A stretch of 64,000 nt of DNA from Vampirovibrio sp. (GCA_019634025.1 JAHQWC010000154.1:1309-65308); one strand, 5' to 3'. Counted from the stretch's first letter, positions 10,034 through 20,233 are shown. Translations and numbers: made by a program. The notes: a model not told the origin generated them from the sequence alone.

Positions 10034-10888
10034 TTACACAAACTCAGGTAGTACTGACTCATTATCTTTAGAGTCTGTTGAGGAGGAGTCCGGCGAACGG
10101 GTCTCTTCATCCAGAGGCTTGTGAATTCCCCGTTTGGATGTTTCTACAAAGGTCACCAACTCTTCAACGGCAGGATCCGGGTCAATTTCGGTGCGAATGG
10201 TTTCAATGGCCTGGCTTTGGTTCATGCCAGAAAACCACAGAAGTTGATAAGCTTTTTTCAGTCGGTTTCGGGTATCCAATCCATATCCCCGCCGCTTCAA
10301 ACCTACACGGTTTAAGCCCACGATGACGGCTTGAGGCCGTCCATCGGTCATGGCAAACGGAGGAATATCTTGCCGGGTCCCGCTGAATCCGGCAACCATG
10401 GCCAATTTACCGATTCTAACGAACTGGTGAACACTACAGGTGCCACTGATAAAGGCAGCATCACCCACTTCCACATGGCCCCCCAGTTGAACGGCATTGG
10501 CCAAAATCACATCGTCTCCCAACGTACAGTTATGGGCGATGTGGCTGTAAGCCATAATCATACAGCCGCTGCCGATTTTGGTTTCATTCCCTTCGCCGGT
10601 AGCTCGGTTAATGGTGACACACTCGCGGATAATGCTATTGTCGCCCACCGTTACATAAGAAGCTTCATGTCCAAATTTAAAATCCTGGGGAGTACCGCCA
10701 ATAACAGCACCGGAAGCTACCTTACAGCCTTTGCCCAGTCGTGTGTATTCTTTAATCACAGCATGACTGTCCAACTCCGTATGGTCCCCAATTACACAGT
10801 GAGGTCCTACGATTGCATAGGGTCCAATGACAACATTTGTGCCCACTTCGGCAGTCGGATCAATCACAGCAGTTGGATGGATGGACAT
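10034..10888 (-). CDS. lpxA: Acyl-ACP--UDP-N-acetylglucosamine O-acyltransferase
   Basis: MSIHPTAVIDPTAEVGTNVVIGPYAIVGPH… hexapeptide repeats typical of LpxA. Carries a ~25-aa acidic/Ser-rich C-terminal tail. Confidence 0.85.
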   Translation of the reverse strand: MSIHPTAVIDPTAEVGTNVVIGPYAIVGPHCVIGDHTELDSHAVIKEYTRLGKGCKVASGAVIGGTPQDFKFGHEASYVTVGDNSIIRECVTINRATGEGNETKIGSGCMIMAYSHIAHNCTLGDDVILANAVQLGGHVEVGDAAFISGTCSVHQFVRIGKLAMVAGFSGTRQDIPPFAMTDGRPQAVIVGLNRVGLKRRGYGLDTRNRLKKAYQLLWFSGMNQSQAIETIRTEIDPDPAVEELVTFVETSKRGIHKPLDEETRSPDSSSTDSKDNESVLPEFV

Positions 10889-10924
10889 GAAACAGTTGCT
10901 CCTTAAGCGTTGGCGGTTATTCCG

Positions 10925-11434
10925 CTATTCCACTCTGTCCACCAGTGAGAACATCAGTTCCCCTTCCAGTACGGGCTCACCGTCGACAAAGGCCTTGCAG
11001 TCTGCCTTGCCAATAGGGAGTCGGAGTTTTGTTAGGACCATCTCCATCTCCAATCGATCTCCGGGTACGACCATCCGGCGAAACCGGACTTTGTCAATGC
11101 CGGCAAAGACAGCCAACTTTCCCTTGGCTTCCGGTAAGTGAGCAATTAAGATACCGCCCAATTGGGCTAAGGCTTCTACCTGGAGCACACCAGGCATGAG
11201 CGGCTGGCCGGGAAAATGCCCTTGGAAGAAGGGCTCGTTCATCGTAACGTTTTTGTAGCCTTTGATTTGCTTGCGGTAAGCGTGCTCGGTGACCCGGTCT
11301 ACCAGTAAGAATGGAGGCCGGTGGGGGATATAGGTCATGATTTCTTCAACGCTAAGCGTTGGCATTAAGGTACCTGTTTCCGGCACCTGAGAGGTTTGGG
11401 TGGAGGGAGGATCCATGGTTTGTACCATTCTCAT
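10925..11434 (-). CDS. fabZ: 3-hydroxyacyl-ACP dehydratase FabZ
   Basis: [13 protein letters not shown] and [13 protein letters not shown] hot-dog motifs. The true start may be the internal Met at 11365 ([12 protein letters not shown]…). Confidence 0.85.
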   Translation of the reverse strand: MRMVQTMDPPSTQTSQVPETGTLMPTLSVEEIMTYIPHRPPFLLVDRVTEHAYRKQIKGYKNVTMNEPFFQGHFPGQPLMPGVLQVEALAQLGGILIAHLPEAKGKLAVFAGIDKVRFRRMVVPGDRLEMEMVLTKLRLPIGKADCKAFVDGEPVLEGELMFSLVDRVE

Positions 11435-11539
11435 TGAACTCCAGAATCAAGGGGGCGGCAGATAAAGACTTACAGGGAAACTTCTATGGTTTTAACATAT
11501 CCGCTCACTAAAATATAGTATGGTATCGAATGCTGTTTA

Positions 11540-12385
11540 TTAATTAATTTGAACAGCCGACAGCAGTTTTTTTGCAAAGCCTGTGTGACTCGCATGGCCA
11601 GCGTTAAAAGCAAAAATATGTGCCTTTATGTGAAGGGGGTTCAGGCCTGTCAGCATCAAATCTCCCCATAAATCTAAAATTTTATGGCGAATGGGCTCAT
11701 CTTCCATTCTTAGGGGCCGGGTGTATCCCCCATCATCCGTCAAACCCAGGGTGTTGTGTTCATCAACGCCTTTGGCAAGTCCCATAGCTTGTAAAGTAGG
11801 CAGTTCACGGACAAACCCAAAAGTTTGGGCTTTGGCAATGTCTTCAACGGTGTCTTTAGCGCTATCCCAACGGATCCAACGTTGTCTAAGATCCGGGTGA
11901 TCAAAATCAACGGCGTAAGTTACCTGTAAGCGGTTCGAGGGTAATGCATATAAAAGGGTCGTGTCGTTATGTACATAATGAACCGGCTGGGCCAGTTCTA
12001 ATTCTGGCTTGGGTTTAATCATGCAATCCGGCAGTCCGGTATTCAGGTGTTTAATCCACTCTATAGCACTCCCGTCTAATAATGGGAGTTCCGGTGCACC
12101 GTTTACAGATACTTTTAAATCCGAGGCCTCGGCCATGGCGCAAGCAGATAGAAAATGCTCCACAATAGCCAAAAATTTGCCGGATGGGTGACCCAGAGTA
12201 ACTCCCCTCTCGGTGTTTACCACGGTTTCTAATCGAGCAGGAATGGGGAGTTCTCCATCAAGGTAAAATACAATGCCATGGCCTATTGGTGCTGCTTCAA
12301 TCTCCACAGTGACAGGCAGCCCAGTGATCAAGCCTTTGCCACTGACAGTGGTCTTTTTCCCTGAGGGCGCCTCGGTCGTTTCCAA
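11540..12385 (-). CDS. lpxC: UDP-3-O-acyl-N-acetylglucosamine deacetylase
   Basis: LpxC-like sequence (…VEHFLSA…HASHTGFAKKLL), ~280 aa. Positioned between lpxD and fabZ. Confidence 0.75.
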   Translation of the reverse strand: METTEAPSGKKTTVSGKGLITGLPVTVEIEAAPIGHGIVFYLDGELPIPARLETVVNTERGVTLGHPSGKFLAIVEHFLSACAMAEASDLKVSVNGAPELPLLDGSAIEWIKHLNTGLPDCMIKPKPELELAQPVHYVHNDTTLLYALPSNRLQVTYAVDFDHPDLRQRWIRWDSAKDTVEDIAKAQTFGFVRELPTLQAMGLAKGVDEHNTLGLTDDGGYTRPLRMEDEPIRHKILDLWGDLMLTGLNPLHIKAHIFAFNAGHASHTGFAKKLLSAVQIN

Positions 12386-12388
12386 AAC

Positions 12389-13522
12389 CTAGACCTCCAC
12401 TGGCTCGTTTGGGGTGCCCGTATTCTGCTGGGCTGTTTCCAATTCATTCACCCGTTTTTTTAAGGCGATCATATCCTTGTGCATATCTTTCAACTTGTTG
12501 ACGTACCCTAGCGTCTGAAACACCTCCCGATGAGGCTTTGCCGGGGCGCCAACAATAATTGATTTTGGATCAATATCATTCATGACCCCACTTTTGGCCA
12601 TGATGATAACATCATCTCCAATACTAATGTGGTCTTTCAGTCCCACTTGGCCGGCCATCACCACACGATCGCCTACTTTACAACTGCCAGAAATTCCTGC
12701 CTGACCTGCGACCAAACAGTTTTCACCCAAGGTATTGTTGTGGCCGATCATCACCAGGTTATCGATCTTCGTGCCTTTTTTGATTCGAGTAGCGTCTAAA
12801 TTGGCCCGATCAATGGTGGAACAGGCGCCCACTTCCACGTCATCTTCCAGAATCACAGTCCCAATAGAGTTAATCCGAATGATCTCAGAATTTTGTGCTT
12901 CAATTTTCCCGCCAGATTCCCGAGCAGATTCGATGCTACCTTTTTCCGGCGTCACATAGCTAAACCCATCGGCGCCAATGCTGACGTTGTGTTGCAGAAT
13001 CACTCGGTTGCCCAGTATGACCCGTTCACCCACCCGGGCGCCAGAGTGCAGTAAAACATCCTCTCCTAAAACCGCCTCGGCGCCAACGGTCACATGGCTC
13101 ATCAGCACGGCGCCTTTACCGATTTTGGCGCCTTCCCCGACATAGACAAACGCGCCAATCTTAGCAGAGGGGTCCACCTGGGCCGAAGACTCCACAATAG
13201 CACTGGGGTGTACGCCGTCATAAGCATGGACCGGTTTATCAAAAATATTCAGCAGCTGTGCTAACGCCACTCTAGGACGCTCCACCACAATGTATCCGGC
13301 CAACACCCCGTCAGGCACTGTCATCTCTTTAGATACGATGGCGGCTTTTACCGGAGTATGGGGCAGAATTTCCAGTGCCTGAGGCTCAATGGCAAAAGGC
13401 AGATCCTGGGGTGAGGTGGCCATCATCGGGTGAACCAGTTGAGTGACCTCAATGGATCCATCCCCAACGACGGTGCCTTGCACTTGGGTTGCAATGTCCT
13501 GGAGCGAACGTAGTGGGGTCAT
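12389..13522 (-). CDS. lpxD: UDP-3-O-(3-hydroxyacyl)glucosamine N-acyltransferase with a ~40-aa C-terminal coiled-coil-like extension
   Basis: LpxD N-terminal domain and extensive hexapeptide repeats. 377 aa with a C-terminal KLKDMHKDMIALKKRVNELETAQQ tail. Confidence 0.85.
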   Translation of the reverse strand: MTPLRSLQDIATQVQGTVVGDGSIEVTQLVHPMMATSPQDLPFAIEPQALEILPHTPVKAAIVSKEMTVPDGVLAGYIVVERPRVALAQLLNIFDKPVHAYDGVHPSAIVESSAQVDPSAKIGAFVYVGEGAKIGKGAVLMSHVTVGAEAVLGEDVLLHSGARVGERVILGNRVILQHNVSIGADGFSYVTPEKGSIESARESGGKIEAQNSEIIRINSIGTVILEDDVEVGACSTIDRANLDATRIKKGTKIDNLVMIGHNNTLGENCLVAGQAGISGSCKVGDRVVMAGQVGLKDHISIGDDVIIMAKSGVMNDIDPKSIIVGAPAKPHREVFQTLGYVNKLKDMHKDMIALKKRVNELETAQQNTGTPNEPVEV

Positions 13523-13612
13523 CCGGGTTCTCCTCTTAGGGTTTTGTGGATGCGTATAATGATACTTTCAACAGTTTATTATCATCAGAATGAGCGCCGA
13601 ATACAAGCCGTC

Positions 13613-14917
13613 ATGACTGAACCCACCGAACCCATTACTGTTGCCGTCATTGGCGGCGGGGCCGCCGGCTTTTTTGCCGCCGTCAATCTGGCTCGATTTG
13701 CCCACGAGAACGGATTAGATGTAGCCGTCACGATTTTTGAAGCGTCGGCGAAGCCTCTGCAGAAAGTGTTTATTTCCGGTGGTGGTCGCTGTAATGTCAC
13801 CCACTCCTGTTTTGATCCCGTGCAATTGGTGCAACATTACCCCCGAGGCTCAAAAGCCTTGCGATCTCTCTTTCATCGGTTCCAACCTCAAGACACCATC
13901 GACTGGTTCCAGCAAAGGGGCTTAACCTTAAAAACAGAGCCGGACGGGCGGCTTTTTCCGGTGACAGATACCTCTCAAGACGTCATTGATGTTCTGATGC
14001 ATGAAGCCAATCAATACGATGTGACATTAAACCTCCGGTCCCGAGTGACCTTTATTCAGAAAGAGGACAACGGTTACAGTGTTACGTGGCAAACTTCAAC
14101 CCAAACAGAAAGTTCTCAGCCCTTCGACAAGGTAATCCTGGCCACTGGCTATAGTCCGGTAGGTTGGCAAATGGCTCAATCTTTGGGCCACACAATCCTT
14201 AAGCCGGTGCCGTCTTTATTTCCCTTTAAAGTTGATTCTCCGGCTATTGAGGGGCTGCAAGGCATCTCTCGTAAAGAGATTCGCGGTAAGCTCAAATTAA
14301 ACACCACCCAAGTAGAAGCCGTTGGCGATCTCCTCATTACTCACACCGGTTTGTCAGGCCCTCTCATTTATCGGCTGTCTGCTCTCGCTGCCCGCCCTCT
14401 TGCCGAAATGGCTTACCAGGCCGATCTGATCCTTAACCTGATACCGGATAACCCGCAGCATGAGCTCCAGCGGTTGTTATGGCATTCTTGTCAAACAGAG
14501 TGGTCGAAAAAACAACTCAAAAACGTGAGCTTCCAAAATATTCCCAAGCGTTGGTGGGAAACATTGTTGAGATTTAGCGGTTTAGATCCGAATCTTCGGG
14601 GGGAAGAAATACCCAAAAAGCCGCTAAACCGTCTGGCCGAAAACCTGACGTCCCTGACACTCTCTGTGATCGGCAAAAGCCCCTCTAAAGAAGAGTTCGT
14701 GAGTTGTGGGGGTGTGGCATTGAACGAGGTGGATTTTAAAACCATGGAAAGCAAGCTGAACCCTGGCCTATACTTGGGTGGCGAAATTTTAGATATTGAT
14801 GGCCTTACTGGCGGGTTTAACTTCCAGGCCTGTTGGAGTGCTGGCTATGTGCTTGCCATGGCCATGGCTGATGCAATCAGCCCAAATAAAAATCCTTCAG
14901 AATCAACGCCTGCCTGA
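13613..14917 (+). CDS. NAD(P)/FAD-dependent oxidoreductase, HI0933/BaiN-like flavoprotein
   Basis: N-terminal VAVIGGGAAGFFAA dinucleotide-binding motif. Length ~430 aa, typical of the HI0933-like family. Start placed at MTEPTEP; the ORF is open from 13544. Confidence 0.65.
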   Translation: MTEPTEPITVAVIGGGAAGFFAAVNLARFAHENGLDVAVTIFEASAKPLQKVFISGGGRCNVTHSCFDPVQLVQHYPRGSKALRSLFHRFQPQDTIDWFQQRGLTLKTEPDGRLFPVTDTSQDVIDVLMHEANQYDVTLNLRSRVTFIQKEDNGYSVTWQTSTQTESSQPFDKVILATGYSPVGWQMAQSLGHTILKPVPSLFPFKVDSPAIEGLQGISRKEIRGKLKLNTTQVEAVGDLLITHTGLSGPLIYRLSALAARPLAEMAYQADLILNLIPDNPQHELQRLLWHSCQTEWSKKQLKNVSFQNIPKRWWETLLRFSGLDPNLRGEEIPKKPLNRLAENLTSLTLSVIGKSPSKEEFVSCGGVALNEVDFKTMESKLNPGLYLGGEILDIDGLTGGFNFQACWSAGYVLAMAMADAISPNKNPSESTPA

Positions 14918-14964
14918 TAGCAGTTCGCTGACATTTATGAAACTTCCCGCATTTTGTCATCGTT

Positions 14965-15693
14965 TTGTCACAAACTTTGCTTATGCTCATCCGTAAGGGC
15001 TTTCCTAATGATTGGGTAAGCACTGTTTTGAAAGTGAGTTTGGCCGTTTTCATGATTTCGCCCATTTCAGCTGTAAATAAAGCGATCCCGCTTGCTAAAG
15101 AGTTTGGTGGCGAAATGCTCAGCCCTCTCAGCGCTTTTTCAACCGGTGCTATGTTTACAAAAGGTGCCATCAGCGCTGCATACAGGGTAGAAGATGAACC
15201 AACGGTTGATCGGGCTGTGTTTGAAACTGAGCGTGCTGTGGGTGTTGCTGCATTTATGGCGCCTGCAACCGCTGCATACAAAATGATGGAAACAAAAATA
15301 CCCAGCTTGAAAGCAGCCTCTATTACCAAACGGCTAGCAACATACAGCGCGGTGGTGCTTCCATTCCTGGCTCTGGGTGAGGCCATTAGCCGTAAAGTGA
15401 TGGACCCTGAAGAATTTTCTGCCAATGCAACTAAAGCTCAAGAAGTGGATCTCAATGCGAACGATTTAGAAGACCTTGCTGCCTCTTCACCTGTAACCAC
15501 TAAAACAACCGCGACATCGTTTCACCCTGCGGCTGTTTCTCTCAGTTTCCAGCCTCTAGCGACAACCTCTGTCACCTTTCGGGCTCAACGGTCTTCTTAC
15601 CCTTCTCACTACTCTCTTTCGTCCAACCCTTCTTTTGGCTACTATACGGCCAACTCCAAGCCGTTCAACTCAAATACATATTCAGCCCATTAA
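14965..15693 (+). CDS. Hypothetical protein with a Ser/Thr-rich low-complexity C-terminal tail
   Basis: 242-aa ORF on the same strand as the downstream two-component genes and 16 nt upstream of them. It competes with an antisense ORF at 14877..15425, so the strand call is uncertain. Confidence 0.3.
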   Translation: MSQTLLMLIRKGFPNDWVSTVLKVSLAVFMISPISAVNKAIPLAKEFGGEMLSPLSAFSTGAMFTKGAISAAYRVEDEPTVDRAVFETERAVGVAAFMAPATAAYKMMETKIPSLKAASITKRLATYSAVVLPFLALGEAISRKVMDPEEFSANATKAQEVDLNANDLEDLAASSPVTTKTTATSFHPAAVSLSFQPLATTSVTFRAQRSSYPSHYSLSSNPSFGYYTANSKPFNSNTYSAH

Positions 15694-15708
15694 GAAGGTC
15701 TTTTCGGT

Positions 15709-16398
15709 ATGAAGCCTAAAATCCTGGTGGTGGATGATGAAACCGACCTGGTGAATCTTGTCCGCTACAACCTGGAACGAGAAGGGTACGAAGTCCTGAC
15801 TGCCTATGATGGTTTGCCCGCCTTGGATTTGGTGTGGGAGAAAAAACCCAACCTCATTGTCTTGGATCTTATGCTGCCAGATCTCTCCGGGGTAGAAATT
15901 TGCCGCAAGATTAAGGCCAACGATGAGACCAAACAGATTCCCATTATTATGCTCACTGCCCGCTCGTCTGAGCGAGACCGCATTACCGGCTTTGAAGCTG
16001 GCGCCGAAGACTATGTGGTTAAACCTTTTAGCCCCAAAGAGTTGGTGCTTCGGGTTAAGGCGATGCTTGGCCGCACTCAGCAGACACTTCCCAACATCAT
16101 CCAAATTAGCGCCATTAAAATCTATCCGGCAGAATACCGGGTGTTTGTGGATCATCAGGAAATCACCCTGACCCGTAACGAGTTTAAGATTTTACTATGC
16201 CTGGCCCGTCATCCCAACATGGTGAAAACCCGGGAGCAGATTTTAGAGCACGTGTGGACCGAAGATGCCTCTGACGTATTGGATCGTACCGTAGATGCCC
16301 ATGTCAAACGTCTCCGATCCAAACTGGGGGAAGAGCGAGACTGTATCGAAACCGTTCGGGGTGTTGGCTATAGATTAGTCCACCAGGAGTCTCCCTAA
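15709..16398 (+). CDS. OmpR/PhoB-family response regulator
   Basis: Receiver domain (VVDDETDLV…DLMLPDLSG) plus a winged-helix trans_reg_C domain (…RGVGYRL). Confidence 0.9.
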   Translation: MKPKILVVDDETDLVNLVRYNLEREGYEVLTAYDGLPALDLVWEKKPNLIVLDLMLPDLSGVEICRKIKANDETKQIPIIMLTARSSERDRITGFEAGAEDYVVKPFSPKELVLRVKAMLGRTQQTLPNIIQISAIKIYPAEYRVFVDHQEITLTRNEFKILLCLARHPNMVKTREQILEHVWTEDASDVLDRTVDAHVKRLRSKLGEERDCIETVRGVGYRLVHQESP

Positions 16399-17537
16399 TG
16401 GCCCGCCTGTCCGCTCCACCGCCAAGATTGGCCGATATTCTTCATTCCTATCTGCAAGAAGACGGCCCCATGATTCGGGTACTACAAGAGATGCGAGATG
16501 GGGTGATGATTTGTGATGAAACCACCGGGCTGTTGTTTTATAACGCATCGCTAAAGGACACCTTTCTGCTTCGCCGTTCCGCCCTCAACCAGCCATGCGA
16601 GAAGACTTTTATGGGAGACAGTAGCGAAGAACTCAGCAGTTCCATTGTGCATGTGCTCAAAAGCCGTGAATCCACATCCAAGGACATGACCTTTCGGTGC
16701 TTGAACCTGGAAAAAAACTTTCAGGTAAACATTGTCCCCCTCAGGCTGCCCATAAAAGAGGGGATGGACGGTCCCAAAACTCTCAATGGATGTTTGGTCA
16801 TGTTCCACGATATGACTGCCATTCACCGCACTGAAAAAATGCGCCGAGATTTTGTGGCCAACGTCTCTCACGAACTCCGTACACCTCTCAGTGCCATTAA
16901 GGGTTACACCGAAACCTTGTTAGACGGTGCTCTGGATGATGCCAACGTCTCTCGGGATTTTGTCGAAGTGATTTTCAAACACTCCCTGCGCTTAACTCGA
17001 CTGGTAGAAGATCTGTTAGATCTCTCTAAACTGGAATCTCCGGACTTTATTCCAGAACTTCGCGCCACCGCGTTAACCCCCTTAATTGACCGGGTGCTGG
17101 CTCTGGTCCAAGACAACACAACCAGCAAGGCTTCCGGCAAAAATTTGAGTTTTTCGGTGGATATTCCAGAAACCTTACCAAAAGTATTGGCTAGCCCCGA
17201 TAACCTGGAGCAAGTCCTTACCAACCTGTTGGATAACGCCGTTAAATACACCCCGGAAGGCGGTAGCATTAAGGTAACCGCTCAAGAATTCGGCAGTAAA
17301 TTAATCCAGGTCAATGTGTTGGACACCGGGATCGGCATTGATGAAAAACATATCTCCCGGCTCTTTGAACGATTTTACCGAGTCGATAAGGCCCGCTCCC
17401 GCGATATGGGCGGCACTGGTTTGGGTCTCTCCATCGTTAAACACATCGTGCAATACCATGGTGGCGATATCTGGGTCACCAGCAAAGATAACCAAGGCTC
17501 CACATTCAGCTTTACCCTTCAAAAAGCGATTGGATAA
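16398..17537 (+). CDS. Sensor histidine kinase (PhoR-like; cytoplasmic PAS-HisKA-HATPase, no obvious TM segment)
   Basis: H-box SHELRTPLSAIKGY and N/G1/G2 boxes (LLDNAVKYT, DTGIGI, GGTGLGLSIV). Its start overlaps the regulator stop (ATGA-type coupling). Confidence 0.85.
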   Translation: MARLSAPPPRLADILHSYLQEDGPMIRVLQEMRDGVMICDETTGLLFYNASLKDTFLLRRSALNQPCEKTFMGDSSEELSSSIVHVLKSRESTSKDMTFRCLNLEKNFQVNIVPLRLPIKEGMDGPKTLNGCLVMFHDMTAIHRTEKMRRDFVANVSHELRTPLSAIKGYTETLLDGALDDANVSRDFVEVIFKHSLRLTRLVEDLLDLSKLESPDFIPELRATALTPLIDRVLALVQDNTTSKASGKNLSFSVDIPETLPKVLASPDNLEQVLTNLLDNAVKYTPEGGSIKVTAQEFGSKLIQVNVLDTGIGIDEKHISRLFERFYRVDKARSRDMGGTGLGLSIVKHIVQYHGGDIWVTSKDNQGSTFSFTLQKAIG

Positions 17538-17539
17538 GA

Positions 17540-20233
17540 TTACGCTTTTGTCAGCGTTTTGATCTGATCTAAAATGTCTGCTTGAACTGTCTGTAACGCC
17601 TCGGCAATTTTGCTGGCATCCTTCCCCCCGGCCTGGGCAAAATTCGGCTTTCCGCCGCCGCCGCCGCCGCAGATACTGGCCACTTTCTTCACAATATCGC
17701 CTGCTGAAATTTTCTGCGCCACAAAGTTTTTAGACACTGAGGCTACAAACACGGCCTTCCCCTCCACATCCGCTGCCAACAACAGCACGTGAGATCCGGC
17801 TTTTTGCCCGACCTGCTCGGCAATGTACTTTAATCCGTCGGCGGTTTGGTTCATCTGATGAAACAACACCGGCGCCTCCGCATTTGATTCTGCCAGCTTC
17901 GCTACCACGCCGTCTACCTCCTGGGCTGCCAGTTTTTCTTGTAACGCCTTAATGGCTTTGTCTTTCGCCTTATTTTCTTCCACCAGCTTTTCTACTTTTT
18001 CAGGGGTTTCTTTCAGCGGGCTTTTCATCAGCCCGGCAATCCGGCTCAGCTCACTTTCTGATTGCTTAAACAGCCGATACGCCTTTTCCCCCGCCACCAT
18101 TTCAATCCGTCGAATGCCAGCGGCAATGGCGCTTTCAGAGGTAATCTTAATCAATCCAATCTGCCCCAGGGCATCCACATGGGTGCCGCCGCACAGCTCC
18201 TTACTCATATTGCCGTAGGTCACTACCCGCACTTCATCCCCGTACTTCTCGCCAAACATCGCCACTGCCCCGCTGGCCTTGGCGGCTTCAATATCCATCA
18301 CTAGGGCTTCTCGAGGGACGTTTTCCAAAATCCACTGGTTCACCATAAGCTCAATGCGCTGCAGCTCGTTAGGGGTTACGCCTCGGTTCAGAGTAAAGTC
18401 AAACCGCGCGCCTTCCGGAGATACATAAGATCCCGCCTGACTCACCTGATCACCCAAAACCTTTTTTAAAGCGGCATTCAACAAGTGGGTGGCTGAATGA
18501 TGAATCGCCGCCAACTGCCGGGTCAACGGCTCCACCTGAGCTTTCAGTGTTTCTCCAACCCGAAGGACTTTGCCGTTATCAAACAGGCATTTGTGGATAA
18601 ACAGCTCCCCAACTTTCATCGTATCGTTTACCACCACCGTTAACCCGTGAGGACCGTCTTCTCTGGAAAAACTGCCTCGATCTCCCACCTGCCCGCCAGA
18701 CTCGGCGTAAAAGGGTGTCGTGTCCAACACCGCTTCAAACGCCTGATTGGTTCCCCCGACTTCATCCACCGGCTTGCCATCCACAATCAGTGCTTTCACC
18801 GTGGCTTGTGTCACCAGGGTCTCATATCCCACAAACTGGGTGGGACCCACCTGCTTTAAGATCTCGGCATACACCTGATCATCCACAATAGATTCGCCTT
18901 TATGGGCTTTGCGGGCGGTTTGGCGCTGGGTGTCCATACAGGCTTCAAATCCGGCCTCGTCCAGGGTCATTCCCTGCTCTTTAAAAATATCTGCCGTCAG
19001 CTCTACCGGAAACCCATAGGTGTCATACAGCTTAAATACATCTTCTCCAGGCACCACGTTTTTACCGGCTTTCTTCAAGTCTGCCAGCACCTCATCCACC
19101 AATTTCGATCCTCGCTCCAGAGTCTCAAAAAATCGGACCTCTTCTGCTTGAATGTTTTCAACAGTTTGCTTGAATTTTTCATTGAGCTCAGGGTAAGCCT
19201 CTTGATAGCATTTTTGTACGGAGCTGGCCAGCCGGTATAAAAAGGGCTCGTTTAATCCCAAGTCTTTTTTGCCGTAGCGAACCGCCCTGCGCAAAATCAT
19301 CCGCACCACATAGCCGCGGCCCTCGTTGCTAGGTGTTACACCGTCTGCCAAACAAAAGCATACAAACCTTAGGTGATCTGCCACAATCTTCAGCGCTGTG
19401 TCTGTTTGTGGGCTTTTTCCGTAATCTTTACCGGCTAGCTTCCCGACTGCTTCCACCAGGGGCATCAATAAATCAGTTTCAAAGGTGTTGCCAGCGTTTT
19501 GCAAGACCATGGCAATCCGTTCCAGCCCCATCCCGGTATCTACATTTTTCTTTTCCAAAGGTGTTCTGTTGCCGTCTGCATCCTGAAACAGCTCCATAAA
19601 CACCAGGTTCCAGATTTCCAGATACCGCTCTTCCGGGTCAGTAAAGCTTTCACCCCGGTCTACATAAATCTCCGAACACGGTCCGCATGGGCCGGTAGGT
19701 CCTGGGGGACCCCAAAAATTATCTTTTTCATCTCTAAACCAAATCCGCTCTTCACTTACCCCCACTGTATCCCGCCAAATGTCCCGGGCTTCCATGTCCG
19801 TTTCGTACACAGAAACATATAGTTTCTCTGGCGGTAGTTTTAAGATTTGGGTGACAAACTCCCAGCTCCAGGGAATAATCTCGGCCTTAAAGTAATCGCC
19901 AAAACTAAAGTTTCCCAACATTTCAAAAAAGGTATGGTGAAAGGCTGTTCGGCCAACATTCTCCAAATCAGAGGCTTTGCCGCTGACCCGGGCGCACTTT
20001 TGCACGCTCACCACCCGAGGTGGACTTGGCGGCGGTTTAATCCCTAAAAAAATGGGTACAAATGGTAGCATTCCGGCTGGGGTCAGCAGTACGGTGGGGT
20101 TATCCGGGACTAAGCTGGCGCTGGGCTTGTGAAGGTGAGGAGTGCTGGCTTTTTCCTTGAAAAATTGGATAAACGCATTCCGGATCTCTGCGCCGGACAT
20201 AGCGGATGTGGTTGCGGCGGCGGATTCAGCCAT
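17540..20233 (-). CDS. alaS: Alanine--tRNA ligase
   Basis: Class II AlaRS motifs throughout, including the editing domain and the C-Ala domain with a Gly run. Start is probably at MAESAAA or MSGAEIRNAFIQFF; the ORF is open to 20308. Confidence 0.9.
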   Translation of the reverse strand: MAESAAATTSAMSGAEIRNAFIQFFKEKASTPHLHKPSASLVPDNPTVLLTPAGMLPFVPIFLGIKPPPSPPRVVSVQKCARVSGKASDLENVGRTAFHHTFFEMLGNFSFGDYFKAEIIPWSWEFVTQILKLPPEKLYVSVYETDMEARDIWRDTVGVSEERIWFRDEKDNFWGPPGPTGPCGPCSEIYVDRGESFTDPEERYLEIWNLVFMELFQDADGNRTPLEKKNVDTGMGLERIAMVLQNAGNTFETDLLMPLVEAVGKLAGKDYGKSPQTDTALKIVADHLRFVCFCLADGVTPSNEGRGYVVRMILRRAVRYGKKDLGLNEPFLYRLASSVQKCYQEAYPELNEKFKQTVENIQAEEVRFFETLERGSKLVDEVLADLKKAGKNVVPGEDVFKLYDTYGFPVELTADIFKEQGMTLDEAGFEACMDTQRQTARKAHKGESIVDDQVYAEILKQVGPTQFVGYETLVTQATVKALIVDGKPVDEVGGTNQAFEAVLDTTPFYAESGGQVGDRGSFSREDGPHGLTVVVNDTMKVGELFIHKCLFDNGKVLRVGETLKAQVEPLTRQLAAIHHSATHLLNAALKKVLGDQVSQAGSYVSPEGARFDFTLNRGVTPNELQRIELMVNQWILENVPREALVMDIEAAKASGAVAMFGEKYGDEVRVVTYGNMSKELCGGTHVDALGQIGLIKITSESAIAAGIRRIEMVAGEKAYRLFKQSESELSRIAGLMKSPLKETPEKVEKLVEENKAKDKAIKALQEKLAAQEVDGVVAKLAESNAEAPVLFHQMNQTADGLKYIAEQVGQKAGSHVLLLAADVEGKAVFVASVSKNFVAQKISAGDIVKKVASICGGGGGGKPNFAQAGGKDASKIAEALQTVQADILDQIKTLTKA

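Noticed and set aside
10078-11141. Several plus-strand ORFs (82-191 aa) across lpxA and fabZ
   Set aside because: Shadow ORFs opposite hexapeptide-repeat genes, whose repetitive codons create long antisense frames.
11540-11580. Imperfect palindrome GCTGTTTATTAATTAATTTGAACAGC between lpxC and fabZ
   Set aside because: It has a short imperfect stem and no adjacent T-tract on the relevant strand. It is probably just AT-rich spacer with a weak operator-like symmetry.
17640-17675. GCCGCCGCCGCCGCC trinucleotide run
   Set aside because: It encodes the poly-Gly stretch (GGGGGG) in the AlaRS C-terminal domain on the minus strand. It is not a repeat element or CRISPR.
17610-20047. Multiple 60-112 aa plus-strand ORFs inside alaS
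   Set aside because: They are antisense shadow ORFs of a 900-aa conserved synthetase gene.
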